The position numbers were made by a program, and so were the translations under genes. From the NCBI RefSeq assembly GCF_001194135.2, contig NC_068991.1, positions 79,113,509-79,177,216 on the forward strand: DNA of 63,708 nt, written 5' to 3'. A model generated the notes under the pieces. It searched no databases, was not told the origin of the DNA, and saw only the letters and a list, made by a program, of their open reading frames with translations. Below, in pieces: positions 1 through 14,689 of the stretch (its first letter is position 1; each line of letters starts with the position of its first letter). This DNA is from Octopus bimaculoides. Taxonomy: Eukaryota.

Positions 1-299
1 GCCAGGCGGCGCTGCTGACTATCTGCTCGAAGGTTATTTATCTAATTTCAGTGGAATCTATCCACTGGTTTTCAGAAATAGAGTTATTAATATTTCTAAG
101 TTATAAAGGACACAGGTTCGTGTGTCACATAGCTAGCTAGAGGCGATGGCTTCTTGGAGCTAATTCACGGCAGCTTTCGTCCTAATTTTGGGACTGCCAT
201 GTTGGCTTGGCGATAACTATTAATTTCCAGTACCGCTGCCGTAGTCTCTGTCTATATCAAAGTGTCAGAGTATCATCTAGGCAACGAGATGCTAAATAC

Positions 300-2110
300 A
301 CCGCTGGTCACAATGCGCTTCCAATTCTGTCTTTATTGCGCCATTCCTGTGTATCTGCATCTAAATTGCTTAACTAAATTGTCATGCCATCGTCTTGAAC
401 GCCTTCCAAGTGGCCTTCTCCGACCTCGGCAACTGAACGGGTGAACCTGTTGTGTGCAAAACATGTGCCATATGCGTCACAGCGGTACTTGCGCTTTCAT
501 TACTCTGCCATTACATCATTCGCTCCACTTGGTTCTCAGATTTTCTCATTTCGAATATGCTCTCGTAATGATATTCCTCTCATAGATCTTTCCATGGCCC
601 TTTGCGTCGTAGCCAATCAATAGCCCACGTCTCACTTGCATATTATAAACGTGCAGATGTGACGGCGCTTTTGAAGAACCTGGCACATATGCTGTTGTCT
701 AGCTTTGCTTTGAACACATCCTTTATTGAATTAAATGCCTTTCGTCCAGTGCTAATTCTCTTTGCGATATCAGCATCCATACCTCGGCACATATTCACTG
801 TGTGCCCTAAGTAAACGCACTCCTTTGTCTTCTTCATCTCATTGATTCCCAATATTCTCCCATGGAATGTGACTAAATTAGGCTTATTTTGCAGCATACA
901 CCTCCACCTTCCCACCTTGTGGTTGACACAATTCTTCCATTGGTGTTGCTATGCCTGGATCTCTTTGGTGAAGAAACTTTCATCCTGTTTGTCAAAAATA
1001 ATCAGCAGGTAGACGTGAAAGTCCCTGCGATACTGGTTCACAGTGTTACTTCTTTCTAGAGTCTGTCTACTTTGAGTTCCTCTGCCTATAATCATTCTTA
1101 TTATATTCGGGAGTATACAACGCTCCTGCAATGTAGTCATTCTCTGTCGTTGGAAGAGATTTTACATATATTCGAAAAAAAAAAAATGTGTATTTTTGAA
1201 AATCATTTTGAAGTGGTAAAATTTGAATCCCGTAGTATCGGGCGAAGGCGATTATTTTTCCATAGCTCCTCCTGTTATACTTTTCTGTATTACCAACAGC
1301 TTCTTTGGATTTTGTTTCAGACATAAGCGTTTGAGAGAGATTTGTCGAGAAGTGCAACGTGAAAGTATTTCTTTATGTAACTCTGTGAAAGCAGCAAGGA
1401 AATAGTAAAATATTTGATGATGCTTATTGGTGATTGAGAAGATTTTGTTTCTTTTCTTGTCTTTTTAAAAATTTTAACTGTTTTTGACTTTTGGCACCGA
1501 GTCGTTCTACATCGAATAGATCTATGCACAAAAGTATTTAATCATTTAAGCCATATACTTCACTATTTATTTTTAGCAACATCAGCCAAAGCACTGCGAT
1601 GTGTTTGGTGATTCGGCTGCTAGTTATTGCTGGTCAATCAATCACATAACCATTTTATCATTGCTATTCTGTAAGTAAATATAAATGATGCTGCACTAGA
1701 TATGCAAAAAAGAATGGATCCAAAACTATATTTTCTTAAACGAAAGTATTTTTGGTAAAGACTTCTACGGTGAGATTTCAGTAATATTTTTTTCCCTCTG
1801 GCTGTTAGTAATTTTTATCTGTGAGGTCGATATATTTTTTTTTACGTGGCTTATCTTATAGCCTTAAACCCTTGTCCTCAATTCCGCAGTATATTCGCAT
1901 CAAGAGCAAATAACTCATTTGGAAGAAAACTTTGATTTGGCATTATTCACGTCTCCTTCCATTATAATGGTGGAGTTACTTTTTCTCATTTGTTGTACCC
2001 ATGAGGCCAAATATGATTGATTGCGTATTCCTGACGTGAGCGCATCGACTTGAAATGAAAATTCTAAGCAGTTTGGTACCATCCGACCTACGTTTTGAAT
2101 CATGTGCTAA
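300..2110 (-). mobile_element. Decayed, internally deleted RTE-clade LINE (APE endonuclease + RT C-terminus)
   Basis: Minus-strand motifs appear in the expected order across frameshifts. APE: QVDALTS and IIMEGDVNNAK (1915-2103). RT: TLERSNTVNQYRRDF, VYLGHTVN...DIAKRISTGRKAFNSIKDVFKAKLD (643-915), YASETW, TQRAMERSMRGISLREHIRNE, RPLGRRSRRWHD. Confidence 0.8.
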
Positions 2111-3059
2111 CAGAAGTGTCCTTAAAAAAATAACAGCAAAACTCCCCCAAACAACATCTTCATATGGAGAAAACTGGATAATGTAGTTCCAAAATATGAA
2201 AAATGCGTTTCAAAAACGAAAGAAACGAAAATAAAATAAAAGAAAAATAATCATAAACAGACAGGATGGGTACAACCCTGAACGTCTTCGATCATTGGCC
2301 TCTCAACTAAACTTATCACAGACTTACACAAAAACAACAAAACTCTGATTGTAGAATACTGGAAAATGAATGGCTTAAAATTATAAGGTGCTTCTGTATT
2401 TCTTAAAGAATTCCGCGTTAATTCGTTTTATGATAAATGAGGACAATATAGAATCTATGAACTTTCATTTAATTGATGCGTTATATAAAATAGATGATGC
2501 CTCATTAATCAATAAATAAATTATAAAGTAATTAATTGAAAAGTAATATTAAATGAATGTTTATTTAAAACATGAATTATGAATATTCTATCAATGGGTT
2601 ATTAAATATTTCTTTACATTTGCTCGTTGACAATAATGTACGTCTAACTATGTTAATGTTATATTAGTTGGTTGTCATATTGATTATTAAGAGCAAAAGT
2701 GACAGAGTCGAAAGGGCGGCGGCGGAGACAATGTATTGCTGTGTTTAATTAGTACATTGACGTTTTGATTTCAAAAAAGCTTTAGGTTAAAATCAGCTTT
2801 CCTTCTTCTAGAGTCGATAAAATGTAGTAAGTGAAGCACTGGTGTCTAATTCATTGTATGTTACCTCCCGAAAAATGTGTTGACCTGTGTTAATACTAGA
2901 AACTGTAGTCATTCAAATTTCAAATCCGGCGGAGTTCAAATTAATGAAGTTTTAGTCAAGTATTGAACTCTGTGGCATCGACTAAACTTTCTCCTTTCGG
3001 AATTGCTAGCTTTGTATCTGAAGCTTGTATTATGGTATTCGTCCTTACAAATATTCACG

Positions 3060-3175
3060 GTGGTGCATTGGCGCAATCAGTAGAGCACTCTACATGATAC
3101 TTTGCGCTATTTACTTACGATCTTTTACGTACTAAGTTCAAATTCCTTCTGGTGTAACTTCGCATTTCGATATTA
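3060..3175 (+). mobile_element. SINE family B, old decayed head
   Basis: TTTTACGTACTAAGTTCAAATTCC matches the B-box region of the intact copy at 19968-20180. Confidence 0.4.
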
Positions 3176-3848
3176 CTGTGGTGATAAATGCACAAAAGCT
3201 ATCTTAATTTTCAATACCAGATAAACGAAACAAAATGAACATAAACTAAAGCAAATTTTGAGATTTTGGATGAGTTTCATCGCGTTAAAAACATTAAAAA
3301 CGAAAAAAAAAAAAACACACTAATACATATTCTCCATTGCGGCAGTTCAGCAGCGACAGAAACAAAGTAGAAGGAAGTAGAATGAGCAAAATTCACATTA
3401 ACCATTATTTGGCACCGACCTCACTGACTCAGTAACTGTCCGTCATTCTGTTGCTGGTACAACACATTCTCTTCTTCCCCAACATCACATTTATTGCTAT
3501 GGCAACCGAACCTATATCATCAGTAGCAACAGTATAATTTACTACTACTACTACTATTCCGCAAGAAAATAATTGTCTCCCCACTTTTACCTCCCCACTT
3601 CATTCCATTAATATGCCTGCAAACATCATTCCCCCACCAAATTCACCAGGCTAAGAAACCCACAAGCTACTCAATCTTACGTCTACCAAGATCTACCTGG
3701 TATATTCCAAACGTTTTAAGGCTTTTTTTTTAAAGGAGAGCCGGTTATAACTGCCCTAGATTCTTGTCCTGTTAGTTACTCGTTACTATACAACTAATAA
3801 GACGACCTACGAATAATGGTTTGTGATTGGAGATTTAAAAAAAAACGT

Positions 3849-4091
3849 AGGGGCAGCAGTAACTGTGTGGTACGTAGCTTGCTTACTACCACATGGCTCC
3901 GGGTTCAGTCCCACTGCGTGGCACCTTGGGCAAGTGGTGTCTTCTACTATAGCCCCGGGCTGACCAAAGCCTTGTGAGTGGATTTGGCAGACGGAAACTG
4001 AAACATGCCCGTCGTATATANNNNNNNNNNNNNNNNNNNNNNNNNNNNNNNNNNNNNNNNNNNTATATATATATATATATATATGTATATA

Positions 4092-4139
<48 letters not shown>

Positions 4140-4360
4140 TTAGTGTGTGAGTGTGAATGTGTGCGTGTGTGTGTATTTGTGTGTCTGTTCCCCACCCTCG
4201 CTTCACAACCGATGTTGGTGTGTTCACATCCCCACAACTTAGCGGTTCAGCAAACGTGTATGATAGAATAAATACAAACAATAAGTCGATTTATTCGATT
4301 AAGGGCGGTGCTCCAGTATGGCCGCAGTCACATGACTGAAACAAATAAAAGAATGAAAGA
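3849..4360 (+). mobile_element. SINE family A, full length (tRNA-derived head, CORE-like block, internal (TA)n(TG)n microsatellite)
   Basis: A-box-like TGTGTGGTA, B-box-like GGGTTCAGTCCC, CORE-like GCACCTTGGGCAAGT, internal microsatellite with gap, and a 3' half ending GGCCGCAGTCACATGACTGAAACAAATAAAAGAA. Colinear with the inverted copy at 48722-49221. Confidence 0.9.
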
Positions 4361-6965
4361 AGACGAAATATTATTAAATGGAACTGTAAACCTAAACTTT
4401 ATGCATTTTTTTTCTAGCTAAATAAATTATTGTTTTTTTTTATATACTTTGATCGTATTTTTATGTGTGTCAAATGTCACATCCAAACACACAATTGACT
4501 GTATTAATAAAGAGCTTATTCTATGCAATGCTTAGGAGCATTCGTCGGAAAAGAATAAAGGAGGGAAGAGAAAACCGCAATAAATCAAAGAAAGACAAGC
4601 AGCAATGAGAGTCAAAAGTGCATGCACGGTGCACTAACTAAAACGCAAAAAGTGAGAAAAATGGAACCGTAAAAGAGCCATGAAGAATAAAAGACGCTTT
4701 AGCTTATCATGAGTAGTGTTGGTGGACTCTTGAAAGCGTGACAGTTTTGAAGAATGCCAGGTACTAAGAGGTAATTAATTTCATGCTTGGACACTTCTAA
4801 AGGTAAAAAACTGTTTCCAAAAGTCATGGGTGCTGCGTCGTGTCAAATACTCTCAAGAAACCAAGCGGTAGCTTGAATATATAGCTTCATTCCTTTGCGT
4901 CGTTAATGAGAAATTTCTCCATACCATCGGTTAAAACATGCATAAAGCTTACATCAGTAAACTGGGGAGCATATCAAGAGAATGCGCTAGAAAGCAGTTT
5001 TATGAGAACAACTAAGTAATTATACTAATTCAGAATAACATGAGGGATTGCTCACTGCGGATGAAAGGACTTGGGTCCGTTGAAACGGTGGATAAAAAAT
5101 ATTTAAGAAATACATTACTACTTTCCAAACTGAACTGAAATTAGGCATAACGGCTATTAAGAACTCTGACAGCTTCTACACAGTTTAGGTTAAGTGAAGC
5201 CAATGGCATAAAGTAAACAAAGTTATACACGTTAAATTCTAAACGAAAAATATTGCATAACTACATAAGGTAGAGCTAGCACGAATAATATCTACGATGA
5301 CGTTAATCGCTAAACAACAATAATAGCCCCGAAAGTCATGTTAGAACAGAAGCAAACATAACCCTTAAAGATCACAAGGAGAAATTCGTCACACAAACTC
5401 CAATAAAGGCTAATAAACCCTTTTAAAAGTGTGCTGGATTAAGCTATCAACTATCTACTGAACCGCAGAAACGGCAAAGTTTGAAAAGCAGCTCGGATAC
5501 AACAATGAAATAATAAAAAAAGAATGTTAGCTCGTTTAATAAACATGAGATCAAAATAGATGCAAATTCTCAGTTCAACATTATCGAAATATTGATTTCA
5601 AAACCGTTCCTCGCAAAGTCCCATGAATTTGGGATAACACAATCTGATATCTGTTGCGGCGGTTTAGATATAATTATACATATCAGAATTTCATTACGTT
5701 TTGACAGAGACCCTGCATAGATGCAAGGCGATTATGATTTATTCTATGGCATGATGGGCTTATAACAGTTAGAGGAGAAGCCAGTTGTTATATACCTTTA
5801 AACATACCATGGACGTATCTAAATGCATACTTATAAAACAAATAGACTTCTACAACGATGATGTTCTAGTTGTGCTCAGAAATGTCAACGGACGCATAAA
5901 ATAAGAAAACACATAATCGGTATCTGTAATGGATTGGGAATTGATATTATTTTAACAACTAAACTAAAACGTGTTTGTTATTCCCTTGAAGTCAAACCAT
6001 ACACAAAACGAAATAAAAAAGCTTCGTTATATTTACAATCTTATTTCTCATAATCAGCAACTGGGACAACTATTTGTGGAAGTGAAAACTAATTTAGAGT
6101 AAGATGCTCGATAAATACTGGTGGAAAATATTACAGGTTGGCTACAGGTTGTTCTAAACATTGTGTCACCTTATTGTATCACATAATACATCCTAGCTTA
6201 CAGCCCTTTACTAGTTTCAGTCTGTGCGCTGAAGCTATTTTGGTAACCTCCTCTAAAGATTTGTGTCAGATCATATGACTACCGTTACATATTTGAGCTT
6301 GCTTCTTTGGTTGCTCGATCTCTATCTTCCGATTGACTGAGGTATTCATTGGTGTAAGGGGATACGAGCACAACACACTCTTAAGTATATGATAGGACTA
6401 CAGACACTAGAGTTAACACATAATGCGATACCTTGGTTAAGAATTTTGCTCCGTAAATACTTCGTTTACGATGCAAACTAACTTCGAGGCATCAGAGCCA
6501 AATGTCTTGAGGCAGAAACTAGAAAATGCTAGTTTTGTTCAAAATAGTCCGTTAACTGAAACTGCATGTTTTTATGTTGTAGACTTCATATATCACCCTA
6601 TGTATCGCCACTACCAGGTCCTTGGGTGGCCTTAACGAATACTTTCTGCTTGATTCATTCGAACAGCATATTCATCCCAGAAAAGAATAACTCAACATTC
6701 TGATACACTATTATTCCCTTAAATCATAATTTTGTGTTGCCTTCTTTCGTATACTCTCCTTCAGTTACTACGAACTGAAGGTAAAGAAAAAAAAATGGCT
6801 ATGGGTGTCATTCTACATTATCTGATTAACCATTAAATATAAAAAATAGGAACGCAATAAATATTTCATTTTATTGGTCTGTGCCGAAGTGATATTAGAA
6901 CAGATTTCGGAGAACTGAACAAAAGAAAGATAAACGATAAACAGAGAGAGAAATCAATGTCCATG

Positions 6966-7010
<45 letters not shown>

Positions 7011-8526
7011 AGTGTTTCGTGCAGTCGTGCACATGAAGTGGGAAACAAAAAAAGTGTTTGTGAATACATCACATGGCGAGGTAGAAAGGGAGAGAAATAT
7101 GGAAAGAGGAATATATTACACGAGAATATTCTTTAAAAAGAAAGGAGAATGCACGCTATGTTTACTGGTGCTTATTGTTCAATTTATTGATAAAAATATT
7201 ATATTGAAGTAAAAAGAATAAGGCTACATGCTTGTATTATAAGAAGGACGGAGGAGAAGGGCAAAGATCTGAAGTTCAAAACGTACGAAAATGTCGACAA
7301 AACAGCTCATAGCAAGGATTGAAATACAGTCCTTTATAATGTTAACTTGAAATAACAAATTAGTAATGCCATTCAATGAAAACATCGAACAGATAAATAA
7401 ATTCTAGGAAAAAGAGTATTTTGTTTACACCTGTTGTTTCATATAAAATCAGGATTCCTTTGTGACAAAACTCAAAGCGATGAACTCACTTATAACTATA
7501 GTTTCTGTAGAGAATGGAAAGACGAAGAGTACATATGACTTTTGTGCGCCCTCCAGACTGAAATGATTGGGGTAAACAATGTCTGCAGGAAAACAATATG
7601 CTTTCATATGGAATGTAATATTTAAGTGGACCAGTCATCCAAACACTGAATATCTTTATGATAGAATTTCTCAAGGAGTGTATTGGTTATTGATACGACT
7701 TTCCCTGGCAATAAATATCCTGATGATAAACAACATAGGAATGAGAGAAACGCTTATGCTTTTAGCTGAAAAACTGTGCATATAGTAATCAACTGTGTAG
7801 GTGGATGAATGAAAATCATAGTAAAAAAAAACAGAAAGCTAAAAGAGCGGCAGAAGTAAGTAGGTCACGTGATTGTGTTGTACGGAAATAAAATATTGTG
7901 GATGAGCGAATCGTCATAGATAAGAGCTTATATGGTTGCTCTCCAATTAAGCTTCAGATTAATGTTTGCGTGTATATATGTCAGTTTTGTATGTGCATGT
8001 ATTGACCTCTCTATTAGTCTCTTATTTCATTGTCATACTTACGTGTATATGTATAGATGATATATGATATATCCGATTCAATATTATTTCCTCATTGCAG
8101 TATCATTAAAATGGTTCTTTGTTTACCAGAAAGGCTACTTAGACTTTACTGACGGTTCTATTAGATTGGTTTATTGCTTTGATCAACATAGAAATTTATA
8201 ATTCATTCGTGGCAAATATATTCTTATATATTTCATTACCAAGAGACATCTAATAAAGATATAAAAATGAACTACCTGAATTCGATTCCATTTAACAAGA
8301 AAATATTCTCAAAGGATTCTCTCACTAAAAGCTTTTAGATTATCAAAACTTTAAGAAACTAATATTATTTCATACAAAATTCATCGCTTAAAGGTGTACT
8401 TCAAACTATTTCAAACTATATTTATCAATATGTATAACCAATTCCATGTTTCAAGTTTGAAATATATTGTGACCTTCTTTGGAAGAGAATTGAAAAAAAT
8501 AAACTTTACATTTTTTTCATACGTGT

Positions 8527-8587
<61 letters not shown>

Positions 8588-9224
8588 TGAATAAATAAAT
8601 AAAGAAAGAATATATTTCACAGGCAAAGATATTCAATATTTTGTGATTGCCGGTAATATAATAAATATGAAAATTTTCGTGCACTGGTTATTGGTGTAAA
8701 ATCCATGAATTTTGTAAATTAATTCATTCGTTTTTATACGACATAGCTTCATATTTTCAGGATCAGAATAATGGAATACATAATATATATTTGCACTTCA
8801 ATACACATAATCATTACAAAACAGAACTTCAAACAACCAAAATATACGTTTACTGCGTGTTAAAAGCAAATACCGAAATATTAAGTTTTTGATTAATGCA
8901 AGTGTAATTTAATATTGAATATTTAGAGGAGACACACACAGAAAAGCAGCAATTCAGTAGAAATATGTTTTCATCCTTCCCAGATGATAACATTAGTACG
9001 GTTGATATACTGAGGTCGCTTCAATAGCAGATAACACTTGACTAGGTTGCAATTACTATTTAATAAATCAAAAAATTGTTGTTGTTATGGTTCTTGTTAT
9101 TTAGTCCTAGCCTAGCGAAGGAGCGGATATAAGCTCAAAGACAAACTAACCGTGACCATCCTGTTATTTGGAAAAGCTTATCTCTAATTGCATCGTAAAA
9201 CATTATTTTTCTCTGTTACTGGTG

Positions 9225-9454
9225 CTTACCAGTTTTTCAGCTGCGGCCATGCTGTAGCAGCACATATTCTAGTTTGTAATATATTCTGTTTATCTACATT
9301 GACGGACCTGCTTAGTTGCGGGATATAAAAAGACACAACCGGAATACATATACACAAAGATATATATCACAAACAGACAGACAGACACACACACATATAA
9401 ATACACACACACACATAGACACACACACACACACACACACACACNNNNNNNNNN

Positions 9455-9495
<41 letters not shown>

Positions 9496-9600
9496 AATAC
9501 ATACATGTGATGAGCTTCTGCAAAATTCTCATCTCCCAAATTAAAATAATGTACTCAGAAAATATTTGTCACGTAGTGGAACGATACTCAGAACTCAGTG
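9225..9600 (-). mobile_element. SINE family A, old diverged copy
   Basis: CTGCGGCCATGCTG (3' end), GACCTGCTTAGTTGCGGG, an internal (CA)n with gap and GTCACGTAGTGGAAC (head) occur in the same order as in family A reverse complement. Confidence 0.6.
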
Positions 9601-11990
9601 ACTTCCTAACTACAAAATTATATGTCTATGAAAAACAGAGTCCATTCACTTCATTGGAGGTAGATGAAATAAAATAATACAGCAGCAATGCAATATGTTT
9701 ATTTGTTTGCAGTTTGCATCAGTGCAAAACCAAATAGTACGCGTTCGGCTCTCACTTGTTGATATTTGATTAAAATGTCTTTGTAAAAATGAAACATGTA
9801 TATCACTCAGTCGTACTTCTATAAGGTAAGGTTACGAAGTAATAAATTATTATTTTTGCGTTGCTGCGGTATCTTGGATCAACTCTGAATGAACAGACAT
9901 GATGAAAAACCCACCAACAGGGACATTTCCGCCAGTTTAGGAGTATATAGGATTATATGATCTAAGGGGTCCTGCCTGATTTTAAGGCGGTCATATATGA
10001 TGTAAGAAATATTTTACTGCTATTTTCAGGGGATCGAAGGACAATATAGTCTTTTCTTTGTCGGTTCGTTAGATCAGTGCTGACATCAGTATTCTTTTAC
10101 GGATGGATTCAGTGGCGTTGGTCATCGAGAAGCAAATGGGAAACTATTTATAGGAGACTATCGAAATACAATTTTATTTCACCATTTAATCCATTTCTCT
10201 TTGCTATTGCAACTACTCTCTTTAAGAAAAAATACGCTCCTGTCGAATTTTTAATGTCTTGCATCGTAGCTTTTGCAGTTGGGTTTTTATGTGTTGAAAA
10301 CACCTCATGTACTCTATGATGGTTTTAATCAGATTATCCAACTCTTAGAGGGAAGAAATGAGATTTTGCGAATTCCATTTAGTCTCTAGCAACATTTCAA
10401 GTATTTAATACAAGAATATGTTACACATTGCTTTCCAGTAACAGAGCAAAATAATATTTTACGATGCAATTAAAGATAAGCTTTCCCAAATAATAGGATG
10501 GTCACAGTTTGTATGTCTTTGGTATTAGGTCCGCTCCTTTCTCGCTAGCCTAGGACTAATATGATGTAAATTTGGCCTCTATTTCAAGGCAGTTAAGCGA
10601 TCACTGAATCACCCTTCTTTACTTTTATATAATTGCATTGTTCGATCAGTAAAACACATGCATTGTCTCCGTAATGAAGGGACTAATCAAAATTTGTAGT
10701 TCACAGACCGTTCTTAAAGAGAGTAGTTGCAACAGCAAAGTGAAATAAAATTGTTTTTCGAAAGTGTCACATCGAGAGAATGTCGTTATCTGCGTTTAAC
10801 GTTTGCTGCACTTAAACCAATTAACGAAGGCACAATGTATGCCACCACATCCTACTCTTTTGCGCGAGTGACGGTTATATTTTTATTTTTAATCTGAGTT
10901 TTACTAAAATGCTTCTAAATTTTATGCTTACGTTCACAAAATATACTATTTTGAGACATATTGCTTTTCAAAATCTTTTTAAAGTTTGTTTACATAATGC
11001 AAATATAATTTTTGACATTGTATTTAAATGAGCCGCTCGAAGTTTATTTAAAATTCAGTATGTAAATAAAACTGAAGATAATAACACTACGCGCACACAA
11101 ACACACACAAATTACTACCATTCATCTTTTATCAGGCACCACACATTACACTCACAAAATCATATACACGCTCGGTTTTTTTTTACACAAAATTGCCATT
11201 CCATAAATAACATATTCAGATTCATTTTGAATATGCTGTTGTTTGTTAAACGATTCACTTCAAAGTTTTCACAACTAACCTTAAATTTCTTGTATAATTT
11301 ACAGTTGATAGGTTATAACGAGAACGGCGAAGTATTTATCGGTTTCTGGTGAAAGAATAATACACCATTTCGATTCACGATTAGCGAACAATGTCTTTTG
11401 TCTTTAGACAGTAATTCGACAGAACAATGAAAAACAATGACCACTAAAAACTTACCACTGCTCTTCTTTAATTTTCTCTTGTACTTAAGTTTAAGATAAA
11501 AATTAAAGTTATGCCATCAATCCCGAGCGAGTATCACTTGATAAATCTTATCCTGTCTTCGCTTTTTGTTTTAGGGGTCCACATCGTCAAGAACAGGTAA
11601 TAGGCATCCTCTCATGACCCTCACCTTTGATACAGTGAAACATTCAGAATGAAAAGACAGAGGGTTGCACAAGTACTTGGCCGGTACTCACTACAAGTGA
11701 GGAGACTCACTACAATACGTGAAATAAAGTGACCTGTTCATGGACACAATACGCTTAAGAAATGAAAGCATAACTTTATGATCATAAATCGCAAGGCTCG
11801 TTCCCAAATAAGCTTAAAATCATATTGTTATTAAAAATATCAGAGCAGTGTAATCGCTACATCCATTAGACAGCGCTCTTTACAGGGTAATAAATTCAGA
11901 TCTTTCATTTCGAATTTGCCATTAAAAACCTCAACATCGCATATATTCCTGAATTTCGTTGAAAGAAATAAAATTACATAAAATTTTATA

Positions 11991-12107
11991 ATTTCGAGCT
12001 TTATCCCATTGCGCGGCACACTGGGTAGCTGCCTGCAGGAGCCACGGGCCGACTAATGCCTTGTGTATTTGTGAATTTGTTAGATGCTCATTCTGTGCAA
12101 ACCTGTC

Positions 12108-12151
<44 letters not shown>

Positions 12152-12337
12152 TTTTACTTGTTTCAATCATTTGACTGCGATCATGCTGGAGCACCAACTT
12201 TAGTCGAAGAAACAGACCCCAGGAGTTATTCTTTGTGAGCCTAGTACTTATTCTATCGGTATCTTTTGCAGAACCGGTAAGTTTCGGGGACATAAACGCA
12301 CCAACATGGGTTGTCAAGCGATGGCAGGGAGACACAG

Positions 12338-12378
<41 letters not shown>

Positions 12379-12584
12379 NNNNNNNNNNNNNNNNNNNNNN
12401 NNNNNNNNNNNNNNNNNNNNNNNNNNNNNNNNNNNNNNNNNNNNNNNNNNNNNNNNNNNNNNNNNNNNNNNNNNNNNNNNNNNNNNNNNNNNNNNNNNNN
12501 NNNNNNNNNNNNNNNNNNNNNNNNNNNNNNNNNNNNNNNNNNNNNNNNNNNNNNNNNNNNNNNNNNNNNNNNNNNNNNNNNNNN

Positions 12585-12621
<37 letters not shown>

Positions 12622-12800
12622 GAGGGGCTCCCACATAGTGTATATCTGAGTACTCAACACACATATATATTGCGTGAGCGCGCGTCTTTCTGTCACTTCT
12701 ACCGAAAGACAATATGGGGACTTGGCTCTTAGTCGAATGAAGTCGATAGAATAAATTCCAGACTTTAAAATAATAAAGTATTTATTAACTAAACCTTTTT
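11991..12800 (+). mobile_element. SINE family A, older copy split at its microsatellite
   Basis: 5' part TCCCATTGCGCGGCAC...GGGCCGACTAATGCCTTGTG at 11991-12110; probable 3' part GTCGATAGAATAAATTCCAGACTT at about 12690-12800. Confidence 0.55.
12153..12345 (-). mobile_element. SINE family A 3' half, inverted, inside the previous copy
   Basis: TTTTACTTGTTTCAATCATTTGACTGCGATCATGCTGGAGCACC...GTTGTCAAGCGATGG is the reverse complement of the family A 3' half. Confidence 0.85.
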
Positions 12801-14689
12801 GCTATGGCGCAGATGAATGTTTACAATCTAATTACTAAAGAAGAAAAAAAGAGCATAAGAATAAATGAATTTGGCGATATAGCAAATATATAGGTTGGTG
12901 GTTTGCAGCTCGAATATTCAAATCTGTTTATAAACATTTAACAAACAAATACCTTTAATTCTTTATCTTGGACGTTACTTTCCTACTAAAAATTATACCT
13001 TGTACAGAATAAGATAAAGGAGAATATATTTCAACAAAGCGAGTCACTAAGGAGCAAAAGTGAGAAACATCATAATCTGGTGGGTCTATCAAACAAAAAA
13101 AAACGGAAAGTAAACAAAATCTTCATATTGCAGTAATAATGTTGAGTGAAAATCTACGTGGAGCCGTTCATATATCTTCTAAACTGTTCTAAATACCTCA
13201 CGATAATAGCAAACCAGATGCGAAAGTGCTTTACTAATGCCTGGACAGATTAAAAGAACCATAGTTAATAAATATAACATATAAGGAAAAACGATAGATA
13301 GAAGAAAAGCCAGTGCTAAGACCAGATATGAAAAGCTTAATCGAAGAGTATTAGAAAGAGTTATATGTAGTATGGAAGCACACAGTTGAAAGATCCGCTT
13401 TCATTCAAGATGTGTAATAGACTCACAGTCGGATATTACAGTCAAGTCTCCTTTAAACCATATTCTAGAGAAGAATATATCAGGTAATGTGTTCCTGGAT
13501 GAAAGAAATATAAAGACGGATAGGTTATGCTGAAATACATTTGACCCTCGGTTTCCCGATTAGAGTCGAAGGGGGTCGATACAAAGGTTGGAACAGCCAA
13601 AAGAAAATCCGTGGCTACCATAGCAGCAAAGGCGATACTAACTGCTGTAAGAGCAACAAAAGAAACGGTCATATTAGGACTGATGCCATCTAGATTAAGC
13701 TAATGCTAGAGCACATCTCCATGATGACACAAAACCTATATAGAAGCTCACACACACACACACACACACATACACACACACACACATACGCACACATTGA
13801 CAAATTTTAGCGCTGCTCACCGACCAAAATATCTGATTCCGAAGCAAGACCTAACAAAATGGGTAACCGAATATAACTTTTAAAAGTATTCTCTCATTTT
13901 CTACAATGATAAGACAATTGCAGTCAATACGTCAGTTATTTCCTTTCAGCTTCATTCCACCCTCCTCCCGAATGGCTATTCAGGTATCTTGCCGTTCATA
14001 CAATCATTGGAGTTTAATGTACGACGTTAATTTCCTTGCCTCTTCTGCAAAATATATAGCTTTTAAGAGTAAAATAATTTCCTACTTCGTCTAATGCTTG
14101 TATAAAGCATATGCACATCGGCCAATTCTTTCATTCATTCTTTCTTTCTTTCTTTATTTCTTTCTTTCTCACACACACTACACGCATATACATACATACA
14201 TACATACAAACAAACATACATACATACATACATACTTACATACATGCATACATGCATACATAAATGCATGCATGCATAAACCGCAACCCGAAGCAACAAG
14301 TGGCGTATTTGGCGTGGCAGACTATTTATTGAAAATACGATGAATACTGTCTTCAACTTTGGAGCCACAACTATCAGCCATGTTAAATAAATGGTTAGTC
14401 CTCAGCTGAAATAACAGCGGGAGCCTTTTATTCACGATCGTAGTGGTTTTCGACTGAAACTTGAATTTAGCATGTAGAAAATTACCACAAACAACATGGC
14501 TGGACGTTGATGTTGAAATTCCAAGGAAAGAGCCATGGATCTAGGTTAGAAACAGACCCTTTATTTATTGGCAAGGAATCTTGAAATAAAACTGTATAAT
14601 GACACACACACACACACACACACACAGGAGTACACACATGGACCGCTGAAATCTACAAACATTTCCATTCTTTCTTCTAGCTCTATGTC

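Noticed and set aside
4560-5900. Possible very old LINE endonuclease/RT on the plus strand
   Set aside because: Only vague echoes; no motif could be read with confidence.
6135-6175. TACAGGTTGTTCTAAACATTGTGTCACC as a Tc1-like TIR
   Set aside because: No partner TIR or transposase found nearby.
14350-14620. Sequence that looks like a common dispersed repeat (also 11713-11754)
   Set aside because: No second copy in this window and no diagnostic motif, so the family cannot be supported.
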